Assembly (NCBI RefSeq): GCF_964355755.1 | Contig: NC_092673.1 | Span: forward strand, 14,170,948-14,234,947 | From: Antedon mediterranea | Lineage: Eukaryota > Animalia > Echinodermata | Reading direction: 5' to 3' | Length of the DNA stretch: 64,000 nucleotides | Part shown: positions 11,230 through 24,479 of the stretch, one piece after another | Position numbering within the stretch: the first letter of the stretch is position 1 | How the letters are laid out: every line of letters begins with the position of its first letter | Made by a program: the position numbers and the translations under genes | Notes under the pieces: generated by a model | The model's input: only the letters and a program-made list of their open reading frames with translations | The model's database searches: none | What the model was told of the DNA's origin: nothing

Positions 11230-12568
11230 GATGAAAATCCTCCTGATGCAAACAAGAATGCAAATGCTTTTGCGGAGCTTGTTCAATGTCTAGATGACAG
11301 GTCGCTATCACTGATTATTCGTGATGCTAAAGATGATGGGCGTAAAGCGCTAACGATCCTTCACAATTATGTTCTTTGAAGATGAAAGCAATTGAGACTA
11401 CCACTGATTATGTAATTCGAGCAGAAACAATTGGAGTGTCGTTAAAAACAGCAGGGGAAGTTGTCAGTGACTCACTGCTAATGTCAATGGTACTGAAAGG
11501 ACTACCAGAAGAATATGATACGCTAAACACAGTGATAACACAAAAAGAAAATCAGCCAACATTATCAGAATTTAAGACCTCTCTCAAAAATTATGAAGAG
11601 AATTTAAAGGCCAGCAAAATGGTGAGTACCAACGTTAACGACTCCGTTATGAAAACTCATCCAATTAAACAACTAATGTGCTACGAATGTAAAAAGCCTG
11701 GACATAAAGCAAAAGACTGTTACAGAAACAAACAAAGTAACTCACAGCGATGGTGTAAGACATGTAAAACGTCAACACACAATACGCGTGAATGTAGAAG
11801 GAAGAACGCTAGTGTAGATTATTGTTATACAACAATACCCCAAAATTATCAAGATGCAATGAAATCGCCTGATGCAAAAGAATGGGCAAAAGCAATGGAA
11901 GATGAAATTGGTTCTCTACAGGAGAACAACACTTTCACTTTAACAAAATTGACCGACGGTAAGAAACCAGTGGGGGGCCGTTGGGTCTATGCTAAAAAGG
12001 AAGATGCCGAAGGGCAAACCAAATTTAAAGCGCGATATGTAGCAAAGGGCTACACACAAATCAAGGGTGTTGATTATACAGTAATGATACATTTTCCCCT
12101 ACTGCTAGCATGACATCGGTTCGCGTTCTAATGCAAATTGCGGCGCAACATAATTTGGTACTGCACCAAATGGATGTCAAAACAGCCTATTTAAATGCCC
12201 CTATTGATAAAGATATCTATATTGAGCAACCAGAAGGTTTTGAATCAAAATCTGATTCCGGGGAAAGGCTAGTTCTAAAGAACTAAGAAGACGAGTAAAA
12301 GTACCGTCATAGTTTTAATTTGGGTCGACGATTTAATAATAGCTGCAAGCGATAACAATGTTTTAAACGAGTTTAAATGTATGATGGAAACAAAATCCGA
12401 GATCCACCCCTCGCGAAAAAAAATTTGAACTTCGTTCTACCGACAATGTAAATGAGACAAATTATTGTGAAATGATCGGCAGCCTTATTTATGCCCAAAC
12501 ATGTACCAGACCCGATATAAGTTTTGTAGTAAATAGTAATTATCTCAACATTTAGCTAACCCTACTAA
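11230..12568 (+). mobile_element. Copia/Ty1 LTR retrotransposon remnant (gag, zinc knuckles, RT), left part
   Basis: AFAELVQCLDDRSLSLIIRDAKDDGRKAL; CYECKKPGHKAKDC; WAKAMEDEIGSL..GGRWVY..FKARYVAKGYTQ; HQMDVKTAYLNA; IWVDDLIIA; CTRPDISF. Protease and integrase are deleted. Confidence 0.93.
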
Positions 12569-13859
12569 TAGACCGGGCGCCCGGAAGATTTATTCATGTG
12601 AAAAGATACAAAAGGTTTGATGATGTAGTTAGGTGCGTATTAGGGCGAGATGCAATATTCGACATTGCTGCCGGGTCACAGCCTGTACATAAGGCCTGTG
12701 GGGATCATAACATAGGGGGGTAAAAATGCATTTATTTATGTGAAGCGATACAAGGATAAACTTTTTTGGATATCATTCGCAGTGGGCTACTAATGATTAC
12801 ATCACCAATGACAGCAACTTTATCCTGTACGGGGCGCCAAACAGCAACATTTTAGGGCCACGCCCAAATGGGTTTATTCATGTGAAGCGATACAAGGTTG
12901 AATCTTTTTTTAATGGCAGCAGTATATATTGGGGATGACAAAAACACCAATGACAGCAACTTTATCCTGTACATAAGCTCAGACAGCAGCCCTAAAGGTC
13001 CGCAGTTTCCCCCTATTCGGCTATATACTCGGCGCGTATGTCGTCTATTGGCGTTCATCTGAGTTAGAAATACGTGATACGGACTCGGACTGACAATAAA
13101 TACACAGTAGAATGCTAAAACAATAAATAAAGAGAGCAGTTGTTTCCTGTACCAAATCATCAAACATCAAACTCTTAGGAACTCGCCCAAAATGGGTTTA
13201 TCCATGAAGTGTGTAATCATTTTTGAAAAAATTGTTTTTTTTTTCACTTTATCCGGTACACAGCAGCTCAAATACCCGAGGCTCCATTCGTGATCAACAA
13301 TGTTGATAATACAAACGCATTCACGATAACGAGTGACATTTATTTTATAATTGAAATATATCTTTATTTTGGAATAATAAATAACACCAACAAAAACACT
13401 TAAAATAACCAACAGCAGATTTGTATTTTAGGGTATCATTTTGAACAATCAATATTATATCAAAATCATTATTTCACAACACAAAATAATATAATTTAAG
13501 AATATTTTTCACATAAACTAATTAATAATTACACTCATAATGATTATTGTGCTTTATTATTATAACAACTCGATTTAAATATTGTTTTAATTACACACTA
13601 GACACTAGTGATATGTCTATATGAAAAAAGGCAACGAAATCTAAATTTGCAACATTTTTTAACATAACATAACATAATAGTACAGTAAATAATAGTTCGA
13701 ATTCAACATAATCACTTAGAGAATTGGTAAGGTATAGATTAGACTATCGATTGCACACTATTACTGTATTTTTAATTCAATTTAAATTTAAAAAAAAGTA
13801 ACAGTTTTCATGTGAATTAGACTGATAAAAACCAACAAATAACTTAATCTGCCAACATT

Positions 13860-16440
13860 TTAAACATCATTACTTGTCCATAATGGATCGACTACTGTAT
13901 CGATTACTGCACATTGTTTTACTTTAACTGAAACAAAGTCAAATTTTTAATTGTTACTGTACTAATATTAGACAGTGATATCTGATAAAAGGCAACATTA
14001 ATTAATATTAATAATACTGAACCAAATTAAATATCGTTACTTATCCACAATGGATCGACTACTGTATTGGTTATTGCACATTATTTACTAACTAACATAA
14101 GAAAGGGATATCTGATAAAACGCAACAAACTGAATCGAATTAAATATCGTTACTTATCCATAATGGATCGACTACTGTATTGATTACTGCACATTATTTT
14201 ACTATAACTGCCCAAGTCAAATTTAAAATTGTTACTGTACTAACATTAGACAGTGATATCTGATAAAATGCAACATACTCAGGACCAAATTAAATATCGT
14301 TAACTTATCCATAATGGATCGACTACTGTATCGATTATTGCACATTATTTAACTATAACTTTTTAACTATTAATCTTTTCAATACACAATTTGTAAACAA
14401 CTTTTGCATACTAGATAATGATCAGCATTGTGATTTGGATACAATAGATTGTCTTACCAACTTTGAATGTGAACCCTTTGTGATGCCTGAGGTATTTTAT
14501 GCCCTCTCACAGTTAAATGTATCCAAATCACCAGGACCTGATTGTTTGCTTCCAATATTCTTAAAGTCATGTAAGGCACAATTGGCTAATGTTTTATGTA
14601 CATTCTTTAATTTAAATGTACAAAAAGGTATTTTACCAAAACAATGGAAGGATGCAAATGTTGTACCTATTTTCAAAAGAAATGGAAAACCCAAAGACGA
14701 AATGAAAAGCTATCGTCCAGTGTCTTTAACTCCCATAATTTGTAAGATTATTGAGAAATTGCTTTGTTATCGCTTAAGGGAATATCTAGAATATAATAAT
14801 ATCCTTTCAGAAAATCAGTTTGGGTTTAGACAAATGTATAGTACTGAACTTTTACTTTCAAAGGTTTTTCATTCATGGGCACAGAGCTTAGAACTTAAAG
14901 GCTGTAAAAATATTGATATTATTTTTCTTGATTTTTCGTCTGCATTTGATAAGGTGTCTCATAAAAGATTAATTAAGAAACTTAATAACTGTGGCATTGG
15001 TGGGAACACTAATGCATGGATTACAGATTTTCTTTCAAATAGACGCCAAAGGGTTATTTACAGAGGAGAAAAGTCAGAGTGGGTAAATGTTACTTCAGGG
15101 GTACCACAAGGGTCAGTTTTGGACCCTCTTTTATTTTTGATTTACATAAGTGATATTGTAAATAATATTTCTTCTTCACTTTTTCAATTTGCTGATGATC
15201 ACACATTATCCCGTCCTATTTATAACATGATTGTAAATTACTTCAAAAGGATTTAGATTCAATTGCTAAATGGGCAAATGTAAACAAACTTCCCTTAAAT
15301 CCTGTCAAATGCGCCGTAATGCATGTTACAAGATGTAAAGATATAGTTAACTGGGATTATACCATAGAATCAGACAATATTCCTAAAGTTACAGAATTCA
15401 AATTTCTAGGTGTTTATGTAAATAGTTCGTTGTCTTGTCATACACAAGTTAATTATATATGTTGTAAAGCAAGCAGATTGCTTGGTTTAATTTCAAAATG
15501 TAGTAAAAATATGTCCTGGTTAGCTATGTTGAACTTATACAAAGCTCTATTACTTCCAGTGGTTACCTACTGTTGTTCAATGTGGGCACCATTTGAGAAA
15601 TGACATATTAATAGAATAGAAAGTATACAAAGGAAAGCAACAAGGATAATAATGTTTAGAAAGGAAGGTTCCTAGGAAACATCTTATTTTCATAGGCTGA
15701 AAGTGCTTGAATTATTATCTATTGATGACTTGTTTAAATTACATAGACTTTCATTAGGATTTAAGTTGTTGAAAGGTTACTGCCCCCATTCTTTCAATGA
15801 GTATATTAAAACTAGTGAAAGATGTCCGGGTAGACTTTTACGTTGGAATTCGAAAGGCAATACTTTTCATAATTCTGTATTTCCTAGACTATGGGAGCAA
15901 ATACCAAATGACATAAAAGATTCACAAACAATTTCAATATTTAAGGCTGCTCTAACAAAACACTATATTTCATGTTATGTATAGTTTATTTGTATTTTTC
16001 TTGTATATGGTTTTATCTTAACTGTTTGTATTGTATGGAGTGAGTGCAGAATCTGTTTGGGCTTTAGCCTATTCTCATTCCTGGTTATTTTTACATTGAT
16101 GACCGAATAAATATTATTATTATTATTATTATTATAACTGCCCAAGTCAATTTTAAAATTGTTACTGTACTAACATTATACAGTGATATCTGATAAAATG
16201 CAACATACTCAGGACCAAATTAAATATCGTTACTTATCCATAATGGATCGACTACTGTATCGATTATTGCACATTATTTTACTATAACTGCCGAAGTAAA
16301 ATTTAAAATTGTTACTGTACTAACATTATACAGTGATATCTGATAAAAGGCAACATTAATAATACTGGACAAAATTAAATATCGTTACTTATCCACAATG
16401 GATCGACTACTGTATTGATTATTGCACATTATTTTTCTCT
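13860..16440. repeat. Degenerate 110-165-bp tandem units in the left Academ arm (core ATGGATCGACTACTGTA), split by the LINE
   Basis: Core motif near 13883, 14050, 14163, 14314, 16243 and 16398; reverse-complement copies near 17702, 17843, 17957 and 18124 in the right arm. Confidence 0.85.
14361..16132 (+). mobile_element. 5'-truncated CR1/L2-group LINE (RT domain) inserted in the Academ left arm
   Basis: KSPGPD, YRPVSLTPIICK, QFGFR, FLDFSSAFDKV, SGVPQGSVL, FADD; 3' end AATAAA plus (ATT)n tail; probable TSD TATAACT at 14354-14360 and 16133-16139. Frameshift near 15230, stop at 15603. Confidence 0.92.
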
Positions 16441-16828
16441 AACTGAACCCAGGTCGAATATTTTACATGCAGTGTAACTACCGACACACTGTAAAAGCAC
16501 AATTGAGCAAAGACATCGAGGTTACTGGCTGTATGCATTAAATAACTGAATATTGTACATTCAACATATTCCATTGTTACTAGCTAAAAAGAATACACGA
16601 TATAATAAAACCAATAGGGGCTATTGTATTTCTTTTTACATGATTTGTGACAGCGTCATTTATAAATTTGATTATATCACACTGTAATGATACTGGATTC
16701 TATGGATCAAATAGTTCAGTATTTACATTTGATATATTATACAATATTTACTTCAAAACTGTCAAATGTTTTATGTAAACGATTAAAAACTATTAAATCA
16801 GCCGTAATGCATAATATTTTTCGTTTAT

Positions 16829-17286
16829 CTATTCGTCATCATCACAGTCACTTTCACTATCATCACTCCAAGGTTGGTCATCATCGATTTCAGCTTCAAA
16901 ATCTATTATTTCAAGTTCTTCATCATCAGTTTGTTCCAATATTCCTGCATCAGTATCGTCAAGAACTTTGTTCCGAGTGTGGATCACTAGTCAACGCATC
17001 TGGTAGAGCATTTCCATCAAACCATTTCGGTACATACCTTCCATCACCATTATCAACCCATCCATAGTTTAATGGGCGTAGGTTTTGTGTTGGCTGAGGA
17101 GTATGAGCGTGTCTCCACATAAGATACATAATTTGCCCTCAACAGATGCTGAGTGATTGTGATTTCACATGGTGGCAATGACGAACAGTTGATCTTCTTG
17201 ACTTTCTTCTTTCCAGTTGTCATTTTGCGAAACGATTGGTACCTGGCCTCATTAATACTGCTTTTAAACCCATATCTTGCATACAT
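16829..17286 (-). pseudogene. Academ protein C-terminal fragment in the foldback core
   Basis: YG..SINEARYQSF..INCSSLPPCEITITQHLLRANY, frameshift, MWRHA..PLNYGW..YVPKWFDGNALP, then acidic tail DDDQPWSDDSESDCDDDE-stop. Confidence 0.8.
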
Positions 17287-18292
17287 AGGCAGTGACTGCG
17301 GGTTTGTTCATCCTGTCACCACAAAGCGATCGCAATGACTTGCCTTTGCGGTAAAATCCAGTATCATTACAGTGTGATTATAATCAAATTCATAAATGAC
17401 GCTGTCACAAATCATGTAAAAAGAAATCCAATAGCCCCTATTGGTTTTATTATATCGTGTATTCTGTTCAGCTAGTAATGGAATATGAGGAATGTACAAT
17501 ATTTAGTTATTTAATGCATACAGCCAGTAAACTCGATGTCTTTGCTCATTGTGCTTTTACAGTATGTCGGTATGCAAAATATTCGACCTGGGTTCAGTTG
17601 GAGATAAGTAACGATATTTAATTTGGTCCAGTGTTATTAAAGTAACAATTTTAAATTTGACTTGGGCTGAGTTGGGCAGTAAAATAATGTGCAATAATCG
17701 ATACAGTAGTCGATCCATTATGGATAAGTAACGATATTTAATTTGGTCCTGAGTATGTTGCAGATACCACTGTCTAATGTTTGTACAGTAACAATTTTAA
17801 ATTTGACTTGGGCAATTATAGTAAAATAATGTGCAGTAATCAATACAGTAGTCGATCCATTATGGTTAAGTAACGATATTTAATTCGATTCAGTTTGTTG
17901 CGTTTTATCAGATATCACTTTCTTATGTTAGTTAGTAAAATAATGTGCAATAATCAATACAGTAGTCGATCCATTGTGGATAAGTAACGATATTTAATTT
18001 GGTTCAGTATTATTAATATTAATTAATGTTGCCTTTTATCAGATATCACTGTCTAATATTAGTACAGTAGCAATTAAAAGTTTGACTTTGGTTCAGTTAA
18101 AGTAAAACAATGTACAGTAATCGATACAATAGTCGATCCATTATGGACAAGTACGTAACGACGTTTAAAATGTTGGCAGATTAAGTTTTTTGTTGGTTTT
18201 TATCAGTCTAATTCACATGAAAACGGTTACTTTTTTTAGTAATAGTGTGCAATCGATAGTCTAATCTATACCTTACCAATTCTCTAAGTGAT

Positions 18293-19135
18293 TATGTTGA
18301 ATTCGAACTATTATTTACTGTACTATTATGTTATGTTATGTTAAAAAATGTTGCAAATTTAGATTTCGTTGCCTTTTTTCATATAGACATATCACTAGTG
18401 TCTAGTGTGTAATTAAAACAATATTTAAATCGAGTTGTTATAATAATAAAGCACAATAATCGGTACCGGTGTCGATCATTATGAGTGTAATTATTAATTA
18501 GTTTATCTGAAAAATATTCTTAAATTATATTATTTTGTGTTGTGAAATAATGATTTTGATATGATATTGATTGTTCAAAATGATACCCTAAAATACAAAT
18601 CTGCTGTTGGTTATTTTAAGTGTTTTTGTTGGTGTTATTTATTATTCCAAAATAAAGATATATTTCAATTATAAAATAAAAGTCACTCGTTATCGTGAAT
18701 GCGTTTGTATTATTTATGTTGAATTCGAACTATTATTTACTGTACTATTATGTTATGTTATGTTAAAAAATGTTGCAAATTTAGATTTCGTTGCCTTTTT
18801 TCATATAGACATATCACTAGTGTCTAGTGTGTAATTAAAACAATATTTAAATCGAGTTGTTATAATAATAAAGCACAATAATCGGTACCGGTGTCGATCA
18901 TTATGAGTGTAATTATTAATTAGTTTATCTGAAAAATATTCTTAAATTATATTATTTTGTGTTGTGAAATAATGATTTTGATATGATATTGATTGTTCAA
19001 AATGATACCCTAAAATACAAATCTGCTGTTGGTTATTTTAAGTGTTTTTGTTGGTGTTATTTATTATTCCAAAATAAAGATATATTTCAATTATAAAATA
19101 AAAGTCACTCGTTATCGTGAATGCGTTTGTATTAT
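18293..19135. repeat. 422-bp tandem duplication inside the right Academ arm
   Basis: TATGTTGAATTCGAACTATTATTTAC starts at 18293 and 18715; identical ORF starts at 18607 and 19029; single copy in the left arm. Confidence 0.92.
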
Positions 19136-19876
19136 CAACATTGTTGATCACGAATGGAGCCTCGGGTATTTGAGCTGCTGTGTACCGGATAAAGTGAAAA
19201 AAAAAAACAATTTTTTTCAAAAATGATTACACACTTCATGGATAAACCCATTTTGGGCGAGTTCCTAAGAGTTTGATGTTTGATGTTTGGTACAGGAAAC
19301 AACTGCTCTCTTTATTTATTGTTTTAGCATTCTACTGTGTATTTATTGTCAGTCCGAGTCCGTATCACGTATTTCTAACTCAGATGAACGCCAATAGACG
19401 ACATACGCGCCGAGTATATAGCCGAATAGGGGGAAACTGCGGACCTTTAGGGCTGCTGTCTGAGCTTATGTACAGGATAAAGTTGCTGTCATTGGTGTTT
19501 TTGTCATCCCCAATATATACTGCTGCCATTAAAAAAAGATTCAACCTTGTATCGCTTCACATGAATAAACCCATTTGGGCGTGGCCCTAAAATTTTGCTG
19601 TTTGGCGCCCCGTACAGGATAAAGTTGCTGTCATTGGTGATGTAATCATTAGTAGCCCACTGCGAATGATATCCAAAAAAGTTTATCCTTGTATCACTTC
19701 ACATGAATAAATGCATTTTTACCCCCCTATGTTATGATCCCCACAGGCCCTATGTACAGGCTGTGACCCGGCAGCAATATCGAATATTGCATCTCGCCCT
19801 AATACGCACCTAACTACATCATCAAACCTTTTGTATCTTTTCACATGAATAAATCTTCCGGGCGCCCGGTCTATAA

Positions 19877-19960
19877 GGAAGTTGCATATAGCGACGCAGA
19901 TTGGGCATCCTCGCTTGATGACAGGCGAAGCACGACGGGTTACTGTTTCAGTATGACCGA
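19877..19960 (+). pseudogene. Copia RNase H fragment (right part of the interrupted element)
   Basis: EVAYSDADWASSLDDRRSTTGYCF. Confidence 0.9.
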
Positions 19961-20679
19961 AGAAGATATACTGAAAATGTATTAATTTGGAACGATAATA
20001 ACATTCATTTATTCATTCATTTTATTGTTCCACAAGATATCACAAGACAAGACAAAGAAAAAAATAAAAAAACCTGGTTAATTATTTGTTTATGTGTGGA
20101 AACTTAAATAAGCCAAATACATCACATTGTACATGGTAACGTAAATTGCTTTCTAAAAAAAAAAAAAAAAAAACCCAAACAGATTTGATTGAATATAAAT
20201 AGAAGGAAAAGTAAGAAATAAATTCCATAGTAACAAACTTTAATAAATTAAAAATTAATTAAAATTAATGTTTGTGATAATTTAATGTTTAAAGTTAAAT
20301 TATTCCATAAAAATGGTCCGTTAAAAATGAAAGAATTTTTCCTGAGGGCTATAGTGTACTTTTCATAAATAAAATGTTTCCGGGGGTAGATGACCTGGTC
20401 TTATAAGGATGAAGCTAAACTAAACACTGTAAACAACTAGTTGAAATGAGAAGGGAGTTGGTTATTAATCCTTTATCCTACGATTTTACAATGGAATAAT
20501 GGAAGATTCCGAACCGAAACGCCGATTTATCCTTGAACATTTTAAATCACTCCGTTTCGATAATTTCTTTTCGATTTTACGGTAATATATAGTATATTTA
20601 CTCTAAGCATAGTTTACATCAACCATTTGGACTTTTTCCAGGCTTCTTATGACATTTTTAAGGATAAATAAGCGATTTT

Positions 20680-20788
20680 AAAGGCCGGACCAGTTTTGGC
20701 CTAGCCGGACCTGTTTTAGAGGTTGTTTCAACGCCAAAATCAATCCAACTGGATCAGTTTTGGCCCCGGACCAATTTTCGCGTTACAG
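20680..20788. repeat. Probable DNA-transposon end with GGACCAGTTTTGGC-like subterminal repeats
   Basis: About 4 degenerate GGACC.GTTTTGG units ending in CGCGTTACA; partner end not found. Confidence 0.4.
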
Positions 20789-21179
20789 ATACAGCATATT
20801 CGAAAAACTTGAATATTAAACATATGATCAGACATGCTTGGTTTATTTAAGCTGTTTGCAAGCACTCCATGGCTTCAATTAAATAGCAGTTTAAAATGTA
20901 AACAAATTTACATAATTATAATTATTAATGAAACTAAAAAAGATAAAGATATTAAAAAGTATATATATTTATTTATTTATTTATTTATTTATTTTAATAT
21001 ATCCACAAATCACAGAAAAGAAACTGAATTGCTTGGGATTTAAGTTGTTAAATCTTTATATATTATTATTATTTTTATTTAAAATTCTGGTAACGGTTGA
21101 CTTTGGCTAATGGCTCAACATATTTTTCTGGATTTCGAAGAACCATATTGTGAGCTGTGTTATTTTTATTGAACCACCA

Positions 21180-21392
21180 TGAAAAACGATAGGAGGTTAA
21201 GGTTATGCAATGCGTGGGGATAATCTATATATTTATGGCCTAGAATGATTCGGAATGCCCTCTTCTGTATTTTCTCAATGGCATTGCTCTGTTCGTTAGT
21301 TATACCTGAATGCCACACTTGTGCCGCATATTCAAGGGTAGATCTAATGTAGCCAGTATAAACCGCTACTAGATCTTCTACAGGGACACTGA
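21180..21392 (-). pseudogene. LINE ORF2 post-RT fragment
   Basis: DLVAVYTGYIRSTLEYAAQVWHSGIT..IEKIQKRAFRIILG..Y..AL..LNL. Confidence 0.85.
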
Positions 21393-21393
21393 A

Positions 21394-21424
<31 letters not shown>

Positions 21425-22065
21425 CAGAAATTGAACCAGAGACCAATCCCGCATTTGAACCCGAGATGGATGTATTCCGCCGAAACCCCAGACGGGCCAG
21501 GCGGCCTAAACGATTTTGTACTACTGATAGCCATTTGTTTTTTTGTTCAACAGATCCTGACCGTAGATCTGACGGTAAACCGGCTGCAGCACCGGAAGAA
21601 AAGAAAGGACATCAGTGCGAAGTCTGTAAGGGATATTCAAGACGGCTGAGAAGCTGCACAGTCACTTGAAAAGAACCCATAGGATTAAGAGATGGGAGCC
21701 TGAACCTCAGACCCTGCCGGGTGATTCCGAGCTACGACCAAGTTGGATCGGCACGCAAGATGCATTAATTGCCGTTCTTGTAGTGAGGAGGCTCCGTGCG
21801 ATATTTGTGTCCGGTGGACGCCTGCGAAGTTCGCGTCGCTACCTAAGCCTCGGGATCGTGTGGAGGTCACTGACCCCACACCGTGTGTAACTCAGGAAAC
21901 AGTTGTTAGTCAGCCTACACCTGCACACGAGATTGCTCCTCCCGCGATGCCTGCCTCCGCTGTAGCTGCGGCCGATCCGGATGTTCTCTCCCCGGCGGTC
22001 ATGCAAGCTATCTCGGCAGCGGTGAGAGCGTTGCCTAGGGAGATGCCCTCTGCAACCATTAATAT
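21393..22065 (+). mobile_element. DIRS-like (tyrosine-recombinase retroelement) 5' end with gag zinc finger
   Basis: Long T run, then a GC-richer segment encoding DRHARCINCRSCSEEAPCDICVRW (DxHxxCxxC..C..CxxCxxW) and a Pro/Ala-rich linker; truncated. Confidence 0.6.
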
Positions 22066-24479
22066 CCATTAATAACGAAATATTAATTGTTTTCATGTTT
22101 TACGTTTGTTCTGAGACTTCGAAACACATCTCTATTCGGGGAAAATCGTAAATTCGCTTTAATCGTCAATAAATAATTATCTAACTTAACTTAATTAGTA
22201 GGGCTAATGGTTTTGAATTGTTTCTTAGATTAGAACCAATTCATATTTAAGTTGGTTTCTAACCACCAAAGTTGTTTAGGGCATGTGATCCTTCATTCCG
22301 TACCGTAGGCCTATCCCCTAATGGCTTTACAATGCTACTCATGCCAGTGAGTGGGAGGGTGGTGGTGTGGGTGGTGGTTTAACTGCAATAATAAAGATGA
22401 TTGGATAAAATGGATGGAATTTCTGTTATGACTGTACAGTACTTGTCTTTACGACAAAACACTACTACTATTTAATACTATTTTGATATATTTAATATAC
22501 ATTTATACAAGAAAATCGGCCTGTCTTCAACATTATGATGCTGTACTCGAGCTGTTCAACCGGTTTTCAGCTATTAAAAACAATTATCGTAGGAGGAGAT
22601 AGGAAAATGCGAATCATCCTCGTATTATTGTGTGCGGGTATTTTTTCATGGACATTCATTAGACAGTGTATACCACGATTTATATCGAGTAAAAATTCTA
22701 GAAATTAACCTCGATTTAAAGAAAGGATGGAGAAAATGGAGATATAAGATGTCATAAAAATCAATGTATTAACAATTTGCAAATTGTTAATATATTGATG
22801 TAGCAGTCCAAATACATTGCAAATATCATTAATAATAATACAATCCCCTTAATTATTAGTTGGTGAAAGTCAAAACATTATTAATTACTTGTTCCACAAT
22901 ATAAATTTTCATGTTTTTTTTTTCTCCGAAATGGTGCAAAGTGGACCTTTTTTCAGAGACGTTGTTCTGTTGTCTGGGCCTAACATATTGTCAGTTCCAA
23001 GACAGGGAGTAAAAGTATGGCTGACCAAAAAATGATCATGTGAAATCTGGGATGAGGTTCCTCAGAGAATGGGACAATGAACAGGTGGTTGCATAATATT
23101 TTTTATTTATATTAATAAAATATGCAATTCTTATATTTGAATTATCATTATTTGCCTGCCATCTTCTGTCATTAAAAATTGCGTTAATCTATAGAATATT
23201 AAATTATGCATTTGACCATATATGTTGTTAGCGTGGCCGGTGTTCACCCATACAACAATCGTGTTTTTAATATATGGCTAAGCAGTAGTTTCTTCATAAA
23301 TTGTAGTGCCACATCACATCCAATCACCGGGTCTAATTGAATGAAAACAGCGATCCCTGATCCGGGATTGGCTGGCTATGTATAGTTGCGATTCGTTACC
23401 TAGCGGTCGTTTTGAAAAGTACACGCAGGGCAAACTTAATCACGAACAAATGAAGTACCTATTATTATTCACACAAGAAGTAAGACAACGTTGAGTATAT
23501 AGATCATGATTACACGTTGTATCTACTACACTTAAGATTAGCCTAGGCCTACCTAGGCAGTATCAACGTCGGCAAATCATATGGTTTACTAGTAAGCCTA
23601 GAAGGCCTAGTATTTCGACGCTTGAAATCTTGATAGACACTCAGGTACGTTGAAGTCAGCACAAAAATTGATCGGTTCTTTTTAACTCGCTAGGTGCAAG
23701 ACGGTCATTTCTAGCTTTTCTTTGGCTATTTTTTCCTTTGCTTACCCGATGGTATACATTTTTGCTAATTCCCAACATCATTGCATGTCTGTACGTTAGT
23801 TTCCCTTTCTTGGCAGCGGAAGCAAGTTCATAGTAAGAACGCCTCTTCTTGTCACCCCTTGATTTTTTTGCATCTTCAACAATGTCTTTAATTGCCTCAT
23901 TGATTGGTGTGGATTTGGCCTCCTCGTAGAGCTTTCGTTTCAGTCCTCTGCGTTTAAGTTCAGCATGTTTATTATATTAACCTTTCGATATACGGTTGAT
24001 CGACTGGTGGTAAACTGCCTGCTTTAGGGAGCAGTTTGATTCAGAGGACATGCCTACTTTCATGGAATTGTCTGACCTTACTCCTGTTTTGTTTCTCTAT
24101 ATAACTTCCCATGAACTTAAATTATTTCCATATAACACAAGAAAAACAGGACAGGATGGAGTAAATGATATAAATGCTTTCTACGATATCATTGCAAAAA
24201 TATTTTTATCAAAATACAAATTGAAGCCTTACCATGCACAATAATGGTTGAAAAGGCTGCTCGGCAGAGCATAAAGTCAGGTGGTTTATGGACCAGGGCT
24301 GTGATTAGTTAAAAGTTGAATGAATAGATATGCTTCAACAATATAATTATGTAAAATTTTATACTAAAAACAGATATAAATAAAATATATATTAACATAA
24401 AAATTAATAGTAGTTTATGAGGGGTCGGAGTGGACATTTTTTTGGACGGACAGATTTCGATTCCCCGGCATTCAGCCAA

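Larger units (their letters stand above)
12569..19873. mobile_element. Non-autonomous Academ foldback element with terminal inverted repeats over 2 kb
   Basis: Termini TAGACCGGGCGCCCGGAAGATTTATTCATGTG / CACATGAATAAATCTTCCGGGCGCCCGGTCTA; TAA duplicated at 12566-12568 and 19874-19876; arms 12569-16699 and 17355-19873; the core carries an Academ protein fragment. Removing the element restores the Copia frame LSQHLANPTKEVAYSDADW. Confidence 0.9.

Noticed and set aside
16687-17067. His-rich 126-aa ORF on +
   Set aside because: Antisense shadow of the Asp-rich Academ tail (GAT codons read as CAT/CAC).
13860-18160. Regularly spaced conserved motif resembling a CRISPR array
   Set aside because: The spacers are homologous to each other, there are no cas genes, the context is eukaryotic and the units lie inside transposon TIRs.
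12852-19590. Mirror-image ORFs (12852-13163 / 19273-19590 and 13167-13412 / 19029-19226)
   Set aside because: By-products of the inverted arms, with non-ATG starts and no domain features.
23620-23970. Basic minus-strand coding remnant (RKARNDRL), possibly Sola-like
   Set aside because: Too degraded to assign.
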